Notes: a model not told the origin generated them from the letters alone. Counted from the first letter of the stretch, positions 50,806-63,712 are shown. The stretch is DNA of 64,000 nucleotides from Ptychomitrium polyphyllum (GCA_973851085.1 OZ316776.1:1612001-1676000); one strand, 5' to 3'. Translations and numbers: made by a program.

Positions 50806-52815
50806 ATGAATTTGCTTCGAACGTCAAACACGGCCATGATGGATAATATTTCTTCGAAATTAGGAGCTGTACATGGAGCTGACTCTTGTATGACGCAATT
50901 GTCCTACGAATCTGGCTTTGTGTTCCCTGAGGGATGGCCACTGAATAGAGGCATCACTGGGTTGGGAAATGAGTGGGACCTGGAATTTGCTGGCAATGTG
51001 GTCCAGCAAGACAATTCATCTAGCTCGGAGCAAAATCATGCTCTGCAAGACAATACTAGATCTATGCCTCCTTCAGGAATAAAGCGTAAAGCTAGTTCAC
51101 GTAATGAAAGGAGAAGTAAGGAGCTCAGCAAGGTAGGAGAGTATGCAACGACAACCTCAATTTTTCTTTCTAACCTTCATTTGACTTTCAAGCCGTTTTG
51201 GTCTCTCTATGTACTTTTTAATTGACGATTTTATTCTTTCTGTTGGTTTTTTGAGTGGTAAAATGTGCTGTAGAGTAATTTTTAGAAGTTTCTTTTGGAT
51301 CTTGATGTAGGATTCACCAAGCGAGGAGAAAAAGTTGGCAAAGTGTGCGAAAACAGGTGGGACTGTTCGGAAGGGTTCCACTGATGAGACGAAGTTGAAA
51401 GCAGAACGCACCACAAGCGAACAGTCCGAGGATCTGAGCCCCAGATCCAAGGTGATACAAGAGCTTCATCCGAAGCAAGACTTTATTCATGTGCGGGCTA
51501 GAAGAGGCCAAGCCACTGACAGCCATAGCCTCGCTGAAAGGGTACATATCCTGATGCTTTTCTTGTTATTCCACACCTAGCGCAATGGTTTTCACTTTCA
51601 CAGAATCAAGCCTTTTATAGCTTAATCCACATCTAATGTACTATGGACTCAATTTGTGTTGATTTATCTGTGCTCAGGTACGCAGGGAGAAAATCAGCGA
51701 GCGGATGAAGTTTCTTCAAGACCTTGTGCCAGGTTGCAGCAAGGTGCGTAATTCCTTCACTGCAACCATGTACAAGTTCACTCCGAGCGCCATTGTTTCT
51801 CCTTTTGAAAATGGCAGAAGCAGCAGTTTTTACTGAAATGGTATTAGCATTGTCTGTCAACAGGTCACCGGAAAGGCAGTAATGCTGGACGAAATCATCA
51901 ATTATGTGCAATCACTACAACGTCAAATTGAAGTGAGCACTGGAACTGTAGCCCCACCTTTCCAAAACTGAATTTTGGTATATCACGATGTCGAATGTCT
52001 TGATTGTGACCTGATTTTCTTGACAATGTTTGCACACAGTTCCTTTCCATGAAGCTGGCAGCTATCGACCCTAGACTTGACGCCAACCTTGAGAATCTGC
52101 TCAACAAAGAGGTATGAAATTGCTTGGTTGTTTATCGATTTCTTCTAGGAGAATATGTCAGACATTATTTGTGAAGTTACTGAATTAGAGGTTGTGTTTT
52201 TCTTTTTGGCAGGTCGTCCCAGCTAGATCCCCTGAAACCACTTTGATGGGTCCAGATCTACTAACAGGACACCGAGATTTTCAGTCACACTTACAAATCC
52301 AGCAACAGGTCAACGATTGCAACATGGACTTGAGGAATGCTGGAACTCTCTGCGATACTTATTTCAGACGCTCAATGAATTCACCAGTGCCTGGACACCT
52401 TGCCTACACCGATAATTTTGTGGCCGAGTCTCTAACCCAGGTCAGCGAATAAATAAATCACGGCATTTTATAGGAGCGAGTCGGTCTTGATTTCTTTCTG
52501 CTGAGTGTTTTCGATGAATTAGTCACATGTAGCTGAACCTGTGGATGTGAAACTTTGTGCAGACGATTAGTGAAGTCTCTGATGGAGATCTTCAAACCAT
52601 ATTGCAGATGGGCAATACTCAAGCCAGGCAGGATTTTTCCGGCCAAGCTGGTCTTCATGGTTAGTCATACAACCTGAGCTGAGATGCCACACATATAAAG
52701 TATCTTCTTTCAAATTATTGGGGAGAATCCTGCATATTCGACAAAGTTTGACTAATATTGAGGTAATGCAGGACCAGGGTTTTTCCCCGTAGGACACTTG
52801 AAGGTGGAATACTGA
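50806..52815 (+). CDS. bHLH transcription factor, CIB/BPE-type (subfamily XII), 8 coding exons
   Basis: Exons 50806-51132, 51311-51541, 51678-51743, 51864-51932, 52040-52111, 52213-52440, 52563-52659, 52772-52815. Signature [74 protein letters not shown]-terminal HLKVEY*. Confidence 0.92.
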
Positions 52816-55209
52816 ACATGGCTGGCCCTGTTGCAGCCTCGGACACACTACTTTGAACCACATATTGAGGAGAATCAGTAGAAAAAGTATTGCATCGGGA
52901 TTAATGAGAATGGTCTTTCATCTCACGCACAGCTTGGCCACGAACTGAAGAATTGAATGTACAATACATACAGAAGCGACAAGGGAAGAGCCCATGCATA
53001 CAACTGACATCGACACCATCAAGGACTGAGTAACAATCTTCCAGATTAGACAGACAATCACGCAGGGAGCAACTCCTTTCCATCAAACATGCGCTCCACC
53101 CTATTTAGTGGTAATGAAACGTATTCATTTCATTTTTATTTCAATTTACAGTAAGCAGGTTTGCATTTATACGACTACAAGTAAGCTGGAAGCTTCAACC
53201 ATACTGGTATGCCAATCTCTCCGGGTTTCTAGACAAGTGTTGTGTTTTAGGATCTTATTAAAACCAACTCCAGGAAGAGCCATGGAGTGTAAATTTTTCT
53301 ATAAGCAATGGATTAATCAGGGAGGTACATAATGACTATTACAATATCCTCTTGACACACTTGCAATGGAAGAGCTCAATGCATCTCATAAATTCTAACC
53401 GTCATAACCGTTCAGCAACGCCAGCACGTACCTCAATTCATGCCTATCATGGTCCAGCAATAGCCCTTTTTTCCTCGGTCCTCATCAGCTATGGCATAAA
53501 CTGGGAACTGCACAGTCTCAGCACACAACCCTGTGTCACAAAGGGAAATTAAAGATTCAGAGCTGAGATTTTGGCATACCAATCAACTCTAGTTCCTGTG
53601 GCCCATACAAAAAGATGAGGCTTCCTGGCCATAACTTAAGAGAGTGAGGTTCACGGAGGGTAACGCACTAGTTACAACATGCACACCTTGATGAAACCAT
53701 GTAATGCCACTTGTTATGTCGCTCAACTGTTGTTGGTTGAACCTGGTGAAGCACTCCCCTTCCTGATACCCCAAACAAGTGTGCGCCCAGACTATGCCTT
53801 TGTGGTAATAAACTGGGAGGAGTGCTTAACCTACACAATTTAAGAGTTAAACGTGCAAAAATATGTGACGCAACCACTCTCAAGCTCTACTACAAGCGCT
53901 TCCACTCGAATGACGTGAGCTGCTTGGTAGAGCTGCGACACACTTCAATCCAATTCTCAATAATTAACTCTAACGCGGAGTAACCTATTAAGAAAGAATC
54001 CTAGCCGGGGAGCACAGCACTATTTTGCAGAAACTAAGTTTGTACAAAGAGAATCGAACTTGAAATACAATTTTATCGATCAGCAGTTGAAACGCATTGA
54101 GCTTTTCAGCTCACTGTTGACCTGGCTCTCGATCTGCAGCCCTAAGTCAAGAGCTACAGTGGCTGTCTTAATGTGATACTGGAACTTGTAAGGTACTTCA
54201 TACGTGGATTTCATATACTCAGCTACCAGTATGTTGGCCTGATCTGCCATTGTTGCAAAGTTTTAAAATCGAAAACATTGCTAACCCTATCGACGGAGGC
54301 AGTCACGGGATTGATCTAGTGTAAGGCTTTGTCGTGTGTGTTGTGTATCTTTCATACTCAGCGTCTCTTTGAACTGCACCTGAAAGGAGCTGATAGTCAA
54401 AACGTTGCACCATAAAAACTGGACCAGAAACTTGCATCGAGGTTCTAATTATCACCCAGGAACGTGGAGTTTGTATGCACTTGACCAATATTCATGCCAT
54501 GCAAGCTTTTGAAGTACCATCGGAAGTGGCTCAAGCATCTGTAGATAACCAAATGTAGTGCAGCGTGCGCTATGATTTTCGTGGGAGTAATTGTGTTATC
54601 CGATTATCTTGAGAGGTGGAAGACTAAGGCGTGCCAATATCAGATCGATGTATTGTTACGTTTCCTGGTTGAAGTTATCATGCTACTATACTCTGTAGTC
54701 AACTGAAGTTCAATGCTGCAGAAGCTCACCACACTGTCTCCATTCAAAGCTTCTCACTCCTTTTCCCGACGACTTTGCTCGTTTAGGTTTCCTACCAGCG
54801 ACCCACCAACTACAGAAGATTGACGTCAGTGCCAAACAACGTAATTGCTACCGAGCAGACGATCGTACGAACCTCCTGTCATCACTCAAAAGCCCTCTGA
54901 AAGCTTCTAGGTCACTTCCGAACCACTGACCTAACCAGCTCCTCACGCCGCCTCGGCTGGCAACAAGGAAGCTACTCAGCATGGGCTGTATGACCTAACT
55001 AAACACTAGAACCGGCAGTGCATCCATCTCTTCACTGCACATTTCCTGTCAGTGCATCATTGCAATAGAAATCGAGGCCAGGAAACTCACTACTACACCT
55101 TTATACCATCCAAAACTCCAAAAAGGAGAACCTGTCCTCCAGAACTCCACCAAGCTCTGTATTGCCGTGTACCGGAACCGCTGAAACCCTGAAACCCTGA
55201 CTACCTGAT

Positions 55210-55670
55210 CAAATCGATTAGGGTTAAGTTACAAGAAAAACACCCGGCCGTGTTAAGGTTTCAATCAGCAGGTATTCTAATAAGCACAAAACGGAGGCCA
55301 AAAATAGTTGACTAACGCCACTTGACTCAGCATGACACTAAACTCGTTGCTTCCTCCGACGTACGCCATCGTCTTTTCATCACGAACTATGCTCCACCTT
55401 AGGGTCAAATTACTTCGAAAACACCCAAGCTTACTAACCGTGTTAGGGTTACATAAAGAGCGGAGAACGGAGACAAAAGAGGCTCAAGACAAGTTGTAAA
55501 GCGCCACTTGACTCAAGCATGGCACCGCAGGATGGAGAAACTCCGCCCTATAGCAAAGTCTTTCCCGAATGCGATTCCCTGACTAGGGTTGATTTACACG
55601 AAAAACACCCGAGCTTACCGGCCGTGATTCGGTTTCACGCGGCAGGTGTTCCAGGGAGTGCAAGACAAAG
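55210..55670. repeat. Degenerate ~183-bp direct repeat, about 2.5-3 copies
   Basis: Anchors TAGGGTY at 55219, 55400, 55584, each followed by (G)AAAACACCC..CCGTG. CGCCACTTGACTCA occurs at 55316 and 55502. Confidence 0.75.
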
Positions 55671-56104
55671 ACAAAACTAAAAGGATGAGGACAAAACTAA
55701 AAGCATGGTGCTAGAGTTTCTTCTCCTCTCATCTGAATCCGATGTAGGGTACGCCATCGTCGATATTTCGGGATGGGATCCACGCTCCACCAACACCAGG
55801 CTCGTCACTCCACCAACACCAGGCTCGCCACTCCACCTGCAAACAAGGAGCCTCCACAGTCAACGATGCAGACTTCGTGTGATACCTCGCCTAATTATCA
55901 CACATGTATTAAGACAGTATCAAACCAGTATCGTACCAGTATCAGATCACTATCAACGAGATATCTCTCAATAAGAGGACATTAAAATTCTCCTCAGCTG
56001 AAGGTGAACAGTCTCCCAGGAGTTCAAAATCGGGACTCAAGCCCTAAAAACATCCTTGACTCGGCCCCCCCACGACATGCCCAAAATGCTCATCGCCGGA
56101 GAAT

Positions 56105-56520
56105 ACCTCCTTCGGGATGCCATCCCACATGACGAGCCGTCAATCGGAACATCAGTCGAGGAACGAACGTCAGTCGTCATGAAATGGACGAATGAAAGAT
56201 GTGTGCAAAAGCGTCAATGTACCTAAAATCGGCATCACTTACCAGTTTGTGACATTTTAAGGGGTGTAATCCACGCACGCTGTAGATGTTTTCTAAATCG
56301 TATTCCGTGACGGGCCGACAATGTGAGTCTAAATTTTTTTTGAGAACTCTATAGATTTGAAATTTGAACCATTAGCACTGGGTAGATGATGCCGGATTTG
56401 AGCAAAGTCACGATTTTGGGCACGATTCTTATTCGTCCATTTTGTTGACGATCCACGTTCATTTACCCTCGCGGTATTCCAAGCGACGGCCTGTCGCGTG
56501 GGATGACAACGAACGGAGTG
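56105..56520. repeat. Degenerate long inverted repeat (foldback/MITE-like), ~150-bp arms, ~100-bp spacer
   Basis: Paired anchors about a common axis near 56312: AAATGGACGAAT 56182-56193 with ATTCGTCCATTT 56431-56442; CGGCATCA 56230 with TGATGCCG 56387; CATCCCAC 56121 with GTGGGATG 56498; GCCGTC 56136 with GACGGC 56485. Confidence 0.8.
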
Positions 56521-56711
56521 CGCGACAGCAGGACCTCCTTGGGGACGCCATCGTGTGCGACGGGACGTCGCTGAGAATCTCGCAACCCGAAACAAACGTA
56601 CACCGTCGTGATAACAGACGAATTCTATGGTTTTGGACGAACGAAGCTACGACTGGTGAGTCTCTGTTTGGTTGCTCTGTTTTTGCATTTGGCAGTGCAG
56701 CGTTACAGAAG

Positions 56712-56740
56712 GAGAGAGAGAGAGCGAGAGAGAGAGAGAG
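56712..56740 (+). repeat. (GA)n microsatellite in probable promoter/5' leader of DUF1639 gene
   Basis: gagagagagagagcgagagagagagagag. Confidence 0.8.
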
Positions 56741-57925
56741 CTTATGGTGGCGTTGATGAAAAGAGCCGGAGCTCGTATTGTTGTTCTTTGTCTCCGGTAG
56801 AGGGAGGGAGCCCCTCTGTGTTAACATTGTGGCCGTCGTCTTCTAGAGGAGGAGAATCTGACCGAAGGAGCGGCAATTTCTCTTCTCGGAGTTCTTCTGT
56901 GGAGCGCTTGTGGAGCGAGTGTGTTTTGAGAGACTATTTAGCGAGAGAGTGAGAAGTGGTGAAATTATGGTTGTGTGAGGAGGGGGAGGTGAGAGTTTCG
57001 GAATCGATGCGGCTGCGCGGTGTGCGCAGTTTGTGAAGTTGTAGAGAGGAATTTGGTTGAGGAGGTGGTGTGGTTAGTGGATGACTGAGATTCAAGGAAA
57101 GAGGGGAGTTAGAGGAGGTGGAGGTGAGAGCGGGGAGTTGGAGTGTGAACGTGAGACTTTGTGTGAGGTGATGGTGTTGTTCTTTTGTCATTAATGCTGC
57201 GGAGGCGATAGCACACCTGGCTGCGATCGGGGGGGGGGGGGGTGGGGGGTGGGAGTCGCGGCAGCCGCCACCAGCTACGATGAGGTTGGCTTCTTGCGCA
57301 ACGGTCACACGGAGTTGATGCTTTTGTGGCTGCGGATACTGATGAGCGGTTGTTAGATTGCGGAGCAGTTTTCAATTGATGAGCGCGTGACGGTCGTGCG
57401 GTTTTGTCTTGAGGTTTGGGACTGTGGCAGCGTTAGGTGTTGAGAGTCTTGTTTCTAAGGAGCTACGCAGAGGTTGTTTGTTGTGGAAGGATCTCGTGCC
57501 GCGAATGTAGTGTGTCATTGTGCTGAAGGCAGCGACGTGATACAGATTTATTGCGATATGACGTTTTACGGTAGCGAGCTGAAAAGATTTCTGGCGAGGA
57601 CGCCTTGTGCAGCGTTTCTTTCACTTGTTTCTACCGGAGGCTGTTTTCGCGGAACGTATTGGTGTAGAGTATGGAGACTTTAGAGTCGCCTTTGTTGGAA
57701 TGCTTCAAGGAATCTGTGGACGACGAGATCTATCTGAAATTTCCGCTCGATTAGGAGTGTAGCCGGAGCCGAAAATGAGGACATTCTAAGAATTCTTGTA
57801 GATTGTCGTTAGGCAGTTAGCTGGATGCTACTTGAGTGCGTGTTTGGCTTGGACGTGAAAATCTGTGCCTTTTGTAGAGCATACGAGTAGTTTTGCGTTG
57901 TACAAGGCGGCTGTATCAATTTCTG

Positions 57926-59605
57926 ATGAATGTAAGAAATCGTTCTCGAACGTCTTGCAGCGCGTAAGTTAGGTTGCTGTATTCAAAAAGTTTGGTGCTT
58001 TCGTTCTTTAGGATTTGGAAACTCCCAGTTTTGAAACTTGACTCTTAATCTAGCTTATCGTACTAAAGACGTCTTTTTGACACGCAGACAGCAGACAGCA
58101 GCACCTGCAGCGCAGCAGCAGGTTGCTAGCTCCGAGGGAGCGCCTGTTAGTATCTCGAGAAAAGTCACCGTCAAAAACGGTCGTAGAGAAGATCCCGCTG
58201 GAGACGAGAAACTTGGAGATTGCTTGAAACTAGGGAATAGAAGAGTTTTGGTTAAGATTCCTGGCAACAGATTGAAAGTGACAACTGCTACTCAACAAGC
58301 CAAGGAAAGTAATGATCATGCCCACAAAGTACCCGAGGTCAGTCACATTCGTGTTGGAGAACAGGCCCAAAAAGGAGAGGAGATAACCGAACAGGTTCAA
58401 AAGCGACCCATTTCTGACGGAGTTGGCCTGCCGCAGTGGGGTCAGAGGAAACGGTTGCGATTTAATAACAGAGCCGATGTCAAGGCTTCTGCCGAGGACA
58501 CTACGTCTGATTTGAAGGCTATTCCGAGAACAGGTAGGGGCTCTGTCAAGGCGGAGAAGAGTTCAGGGGTGCCTACTGTGAGAATCAAAAGGCCAGCTGT
58601 TGTTCCGAAAGTTCCGCTTTCACCGGAACTAGCTGCTGTGGATAATAAATGGTATGTTTTATTCTGCTCGTCTAAGGCCTTCCTCATTAGATTGATGTCT
58701 CGTATGTTTTTGGGCAACATCGGTAGGTCGATGTATACTCCATTTTGAGGGTTTCAGAGTGTGTGACTACTTTACTTTTTCGACGGCTGAATCGGTTTCC
58801 TTTTTCTTTATGAACAGGAATATTGATACTACTGGAACTACATATGTAGCACAGGATGGCAATCACCATGTGAACGGTGCTCTTGAAAGCGAAGCCAATA
58901 CTTCCCAAACCGCCGAGGTGCATTCAGAGCGACCACCAGCGATACCTGAGAAGGTTTCTATTACCCCAGTCGAAGCGCCGGCTGCTTTTCCCGCAGTCAG
59001 TGCGAGAACGGAAGATAATAGCCACCAAGACAGAGCAGTTCATTCTGATAAATTAGATATGGATTTGTTCCAGTGGCCGAAGTTTCTAGTATCCTTGTCA
59101 CGAAAGGAAAAAGAAGATGACTTTTTTGCAATTAAGGGCACCAAGCTGCCAGTCCGACCCAAAAAGAGGACGAAGCTTCTTGAGAGAACTGTTACCGTAA
59201 GTGGTCTTTTCTCCACCTTGTCAAGGGTAACTTGGAAGGTTTATTCTAGATTTCCATAATGAATTTCCATCTGAAATGAAATGCGAGTGTGGTTTTATTT
59301 GAAACTCTTCACATGTTACACTCTGACATGCTTCCTGGATGTGACAGTTCATCAGCCCTGGAGCCTGGCTCTGTGATATAACAAGGGAGCGTTATGAAGT
59401 GAAAGAGAAGAAGACTCTCAAAAAGGTGGGTAGTGATATGTGCTATGTTTGTCCTCGGCTTACCTTCGAGTATGCTGTGTTGCATTATGTAGTCGAGTTC
59501 TGATCATGTTTAGTGCAATAATCGATGCTAACGACCCCGTTTGTTACGATGCAGAGACCAAGGGGCCTTAAGGCGATGGGTAGTGCTGACAGCGATTCAG
59601 ATTAG
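57926..59605 (+). CDS. DUF1639-family plant protein, 5 coding exons
   Basis: Exons 57926-57963, 58088-58651, 58818-59196, 59348-59425, 59555-59605 are phase-consistent. Motifs LPQWGQRKRLRF and WPKFLVSLSRKEKEDDFFAIKGTKLPVRPKKR..FISPGAWLCDITRERYEVKEKK..RPRGLKAMGSADSDSD*. The start exon is less certain. Confidence 0.88.
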
Positions 59606-61569
59606 TTTTCAGAATTAGTAGTTACGGCTGCCTACCAGCAGCAGATCTGGAAACCGAAACTTAAGGTATACTACTCATTGATCACTTGAGAGTTTAAATT
59701 GTTTGTCAAAGTCTGGGAATCCAGTTCTTATGGCATGAGACTAGGATATGGAACCTGTGTTACTGTTTCATCTTTCATATTTACGTCAAAACCGACACGA
59801 AACGCTGGCATGGATTTGTACTCTCGATCTTTACTCTAAATTGATTGTAGCCCAGAGGGATTTTTCATCCAATGGTATTGTGTAATGAATAGTCATGCTG
59901 AGAAATACGAAGATTGAAAGTTGATGCTACACTTCGTACTTCAGTACTGTTCAGTTGCCTAGTTGGAAGAATTTATGTAGTTTTCTTTGGTCCTACACAG
60001 AGGCTTTAGGATTTAGGACTTGTTTCACTTTCAGATACCTCCGGATGTGTATTTTGTTGCATTGGCAAATAATTTTGTGCAGTAAATTAATCATTTATTC
60101 TGGACTCCATTTTCTTACCCGCATATCTTATTTGTTCTACTACTAATGTCAGGGTCATGGTATGACCTTTTTGGAGCAAGGAAATGTGGCTAAGGGAGAT
60201 GTGTTGTTAGCAGCATCCTTGAGGTGAGTTGGACTATGCTGATGAAGTGGAGAAGGTCTATTTGGACTAATTATGTTTCTAAGCGCTTTACCCGTGGTTG
60301 AGTTTGTGTTTTCCGTATTTGCGACGGATGATAATTATTCTGACCCCTTCATATTCCTGATCACGTCCTTGCATTAGAAAAGCACATCATTGTCGGCTCT
60401 TTGTCAATCAAGCCCAAATAATCTTTTGAGGACTAGAGTAGGTTGCCGTAGTTCTCAGTGCTTATGTGTCTGCGGTTTTGTCAGAATCTGGAAATGCCAG
60501 GTTCAAATTGCTTAGAATAATCACGAGCGCTTATTACCGGATAGGCTGAACTGAACTGAACAAATTCTGAATTTGCGACTATAATGCTTTGTAAGTCTTA
60601 TGAAACATAAATTTATTCAGATTCATATTTATGAATAGTTCACGAGTTTGTCCTCGTCCACACACATGTCGCAGTTCAAAGCAGACGGGTAGGGGTAGAT
60701 GTGACATGCATACAATCCCATTGACACATGTACAGACATATGATTGTTCATATCGATTGCTTTAAGCAACACGGTTGCAACTGTGCTTCAGGTAGGACCA
60801 AGCACCTCGTAACACGTCTAAGATGAGTTCGTTTACAGGTGCGTATGGGTTAGTCAGAAGTTCGTGAAGTAAACAAACGCTTCTGGATATTGGATCTTCA
60901 GATTACGAGCAGACATTGCGGTCTCTATCAAACGGGGTTATACGTTTAACGTCACGATATTCAGGCTCGACTGACTAATAAATTGGAACCTTCGCAATAG
61001 CATCTTATCATACAGCCATAACTACTCGTTTGAAGGTTATACACCCAGGCTCCGAGTCATGAAGCAGATTTTACTTTACAGAGTGATTGACTTCAACGTT
61101 CATGGTGAATCCTCGGTGCTCCGAATAACTCATGCTAAGTGTGCACACATGCTGAGATGTTTCGACATCAGATTAACGCCTTGGATATACTGCCGGACTG
61201 CTGTATAGTACTGTAGCATTTTTCTACATTAAGAATGGTCTGCCCGGCTCACGCGCTGGCTTTTCGTTGACCACGTTTTCGAAACCCCAACACCAAGCAC
61301 GACTCCTGTCCAAGACGTCCAAGACCTACAGCAGTTCACGAGGGTTTGTTGTTCACCAGAAGCATGTGGACGTGCCAGGAGATGTCTGTGCAGCTCAAGA
61401 GCCACCATCGGCATTCTCAAGCTTTTGACATCAACCTGCATCCGCTGATATGTGAGGTATGGGGCTTCGTCTTTTCTTGAGGTTGCAATCTCTTAGAGTT
61501 ATGACTGTTTTACAGGACCTCGGTCTCGCTTGTAGTTTTAAATCTTTAGTCATTCTTGCTGCTGCAATC

Positions 61570-61730
61570 CCATGCAAAAATATTCTACGAGCAAGTCTTT
61601 AGTTCGTGCGTATAGATCTTCTGAGTGATCCCCAAAATTCTGTAACTCGAAGGATTGGTTTTGTGGGCTTAGCTCCGGGTAATTCGAGGAAGGGCATAAC
61701 TCACCTGTACTTTAGATTTCCTGATTTGTA
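61570..61730 (+). repeat. Dispersed direct repeat, copy 1 (pairs with 63565-63712)
   Basis: Core TTGTGGGCTTAGCTCCGGGTAATTCGAGGA at 61661-61690 matches 63646-63675 at 28/30 positions; weaker similarity extends on both sides. Confidence 0.75.
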
Positions 61731-61870
61731 GGAAGAAAATTTCATCTGATCTAGACCTGTTCCTTTTCTTTGTTTTCTACAATTGGAAGACAGAAGATAG
61801 GGGGTCCTTTGCTTCCGAGCTCCAGTAAATCCCTCTTTCGCTCCATCTCAGTGACAAGCAGAGCGCCACC

Positions 61871-62346
61871 ATGGTGAAGACCATCATAGCCTTGCAGATG
61901 ATGAACGTCCCCGTTTAGGTCAAGGTCAAAATCGAGTCCAAGCAGATGAGGGTTCCGGGTCCCTGCGGTGTGCTCACTCGCGACCTCGCAACCACCATCA
62001 GCCGCATTAACAACCTTATCACGGGCGTCACGAAGGGCTACCGCAACAAGCGTTTCGTGTACGCGCGTTTCCCCATCAATGCCAGCATTAGTGGCGACAA
62101 GGATAGCATCGAGATCAGGAACTTCTTGGGCGAGAAGAAGGTGCGCAAGGATGAGATGTTGCCGGGAGTGACCGTGACCCGATCAGAGAAGGTCAAGGAT
62201 GAGCTGTTTTTGGACGGAAGGACATCGAGCTTGTATCTTGATAGTGTGCTCTCATCGACCAGAAATGTTACATGAAGAAGAAAGACATCAGGAAGTTCTT
62301 GGATCGTATTTACGTGAGTGATAAGGGAACCATCGCTGATGAGTGA
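61871..62346 (+). pseudogene. RPL9: 60S ribosomal protein L9 (uL6) pseudogene, intronless
   Basis: MVKTIIA..; premature TAG at 61916; internal deletion after [50 protein letters not shown]; frameshift near 62219; TGA TAG stops; ends [21 protein letters not shown]. Confidence 0.92.
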
Positions 62347-63296
62347 AGATGATAAAAAGTTATTCTAAGTTGGGCCATATGTGCTCAAAGATGGTCACAC
62401 GATGCATCGTTTCGTGTAAATCATTATCCTCAGATTCATGGTATTTTGTCGGTCTGCAGCTTGGACCTCTATCCTGATTCACGGCATTCTGTCGATATGC
62501 TTGTTCCAGTACGCTTTTTGAATGGATTTCGAGGTCCTGCAAAGTTGGAAAACAGGAGCCTAATAAGTGGCAGAGCTTCAAATTAGCAAAAAACAGATTC
62601 TTGAACAACAGAAATGAAACCTCAGCGAGAGCATTATAATCAGATATTCATATCCGTCTGCACTTGATGTGTATTATTATACACATCCAAGGCTTCAGCC
62701 TTTAGGGACGATCTCGAAGATGATGGGTGATGCGCCTCCTCGGTGCATCAAATAACTTTGTGTTCAAGCTTTTGGCATGTTCCAACATCAGAGAAGCGTC
62801 TCGGATATGTACTGGACTGCTGAAGAAGAATCATTTCCTACATGTATAGCAGTGGTCTCCCGACCGTCTAAGCTGGATTTCAGGTGACCTAGTATTAAAC
62901 CCCAACACCAAAGCATGAAAGTTCACACCCCAGACCTCCAGGGCTCGCACTGGAACTCATCAGATCTTGAGTTGGGTCCGCCCCTCCGACTAGGTTTCGG
63001 CTGCCCGTTTGGCCTACAAGAATTCTGCCCGCGGGGTATGGGAACATCCTCGGATATGGGAACTTCTGCTGTGGGATCTTGAGTTTCGTCATGCGCTCCG
63101 AGGCCTGTGCGGACGAGAAAATTCCACGTTGTACGCTCGTAGGGCCTGCAGCTAGACGCTAGGGCTGGCTCGGAAGCCTGCTCCGACCACCATATTCATT
63201 ATGTATACTCTTGCATCGGCGCTGCTGCAGCATTTCTTCGAGTCCTTTTCACGGACCTGGTGGTAGACCTTTGTGTGAACAATCACCAATTTTGAC

Positions 63297-63470
63297 CTGC
63301 ATAGTTTGCTGCTCCTGCATAGTTTGCTGCTCTTGTATCGGCGCTCAACTGCAGCAAGACTGCCAGTTTCATTCAGACAGAATTGGGCAGCTTGCTTGTG
63401 TGTGTACGTATGTACATACACGCATACATACATTCAAATATATGCATGTATATTTACATATATGTATATT
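63297..63470. repeat. 18-bp tandem duplication followed by TG/TA/CA-rich microsatellite
   Basis: ctgcatagtttgctgctc twice at about 63297-63332; gtgtgtgtacgtatgtacatacacgcatacatac.. at about 63398-63470. Confidence 0.65.
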
Positions 63471-63564
63471 TAAATAATTTGAACTAGGCATGCAACTCAA
63501 AATTCAGGCGACATTCTAAACAACCTTCGAGTACATGACAAGACGGAATTTATAAAGCAAGGGT

Positions 63565-63712
63565 ACCATGTGTTCCAAGTGTAAGTCTCTGCTTCGTGTA
63601 TGCAGATTTTGGATGCCCCTAGTTCCAGCTGATCTAGAATTTGTGTTGTGGGCTTGGCTCTGGGTAATTCGAGGATAGGTATAAATCTCCATACTTTGGA
63701 TTCCTTAAATCA
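63565..63712 (+). repeat. Dispersed direct repeat, copy 2 (pairs with 61570-61730)
   Basis: TTGTGGGCTTGGCTCTGGGTAATTCGAGGA at 63646-63675, with similar flanks (aagtct..ttcgtg..agat upstream; tacttt.gatt downstream). Confidence 0.75.

Noticed and set aside
54623..54643. Similarity to miR171 (CGTGCCAATATCA core)
   Set aside because: There are several mismatches to the recalled mature sequence and no complementary star arm nearby, so it is probably chance.
62895..63433. GC-richer ORFs on the minus strand
   Set aside because: No recognisable domain or consistent splice structure; cannot be supported without a homology search.
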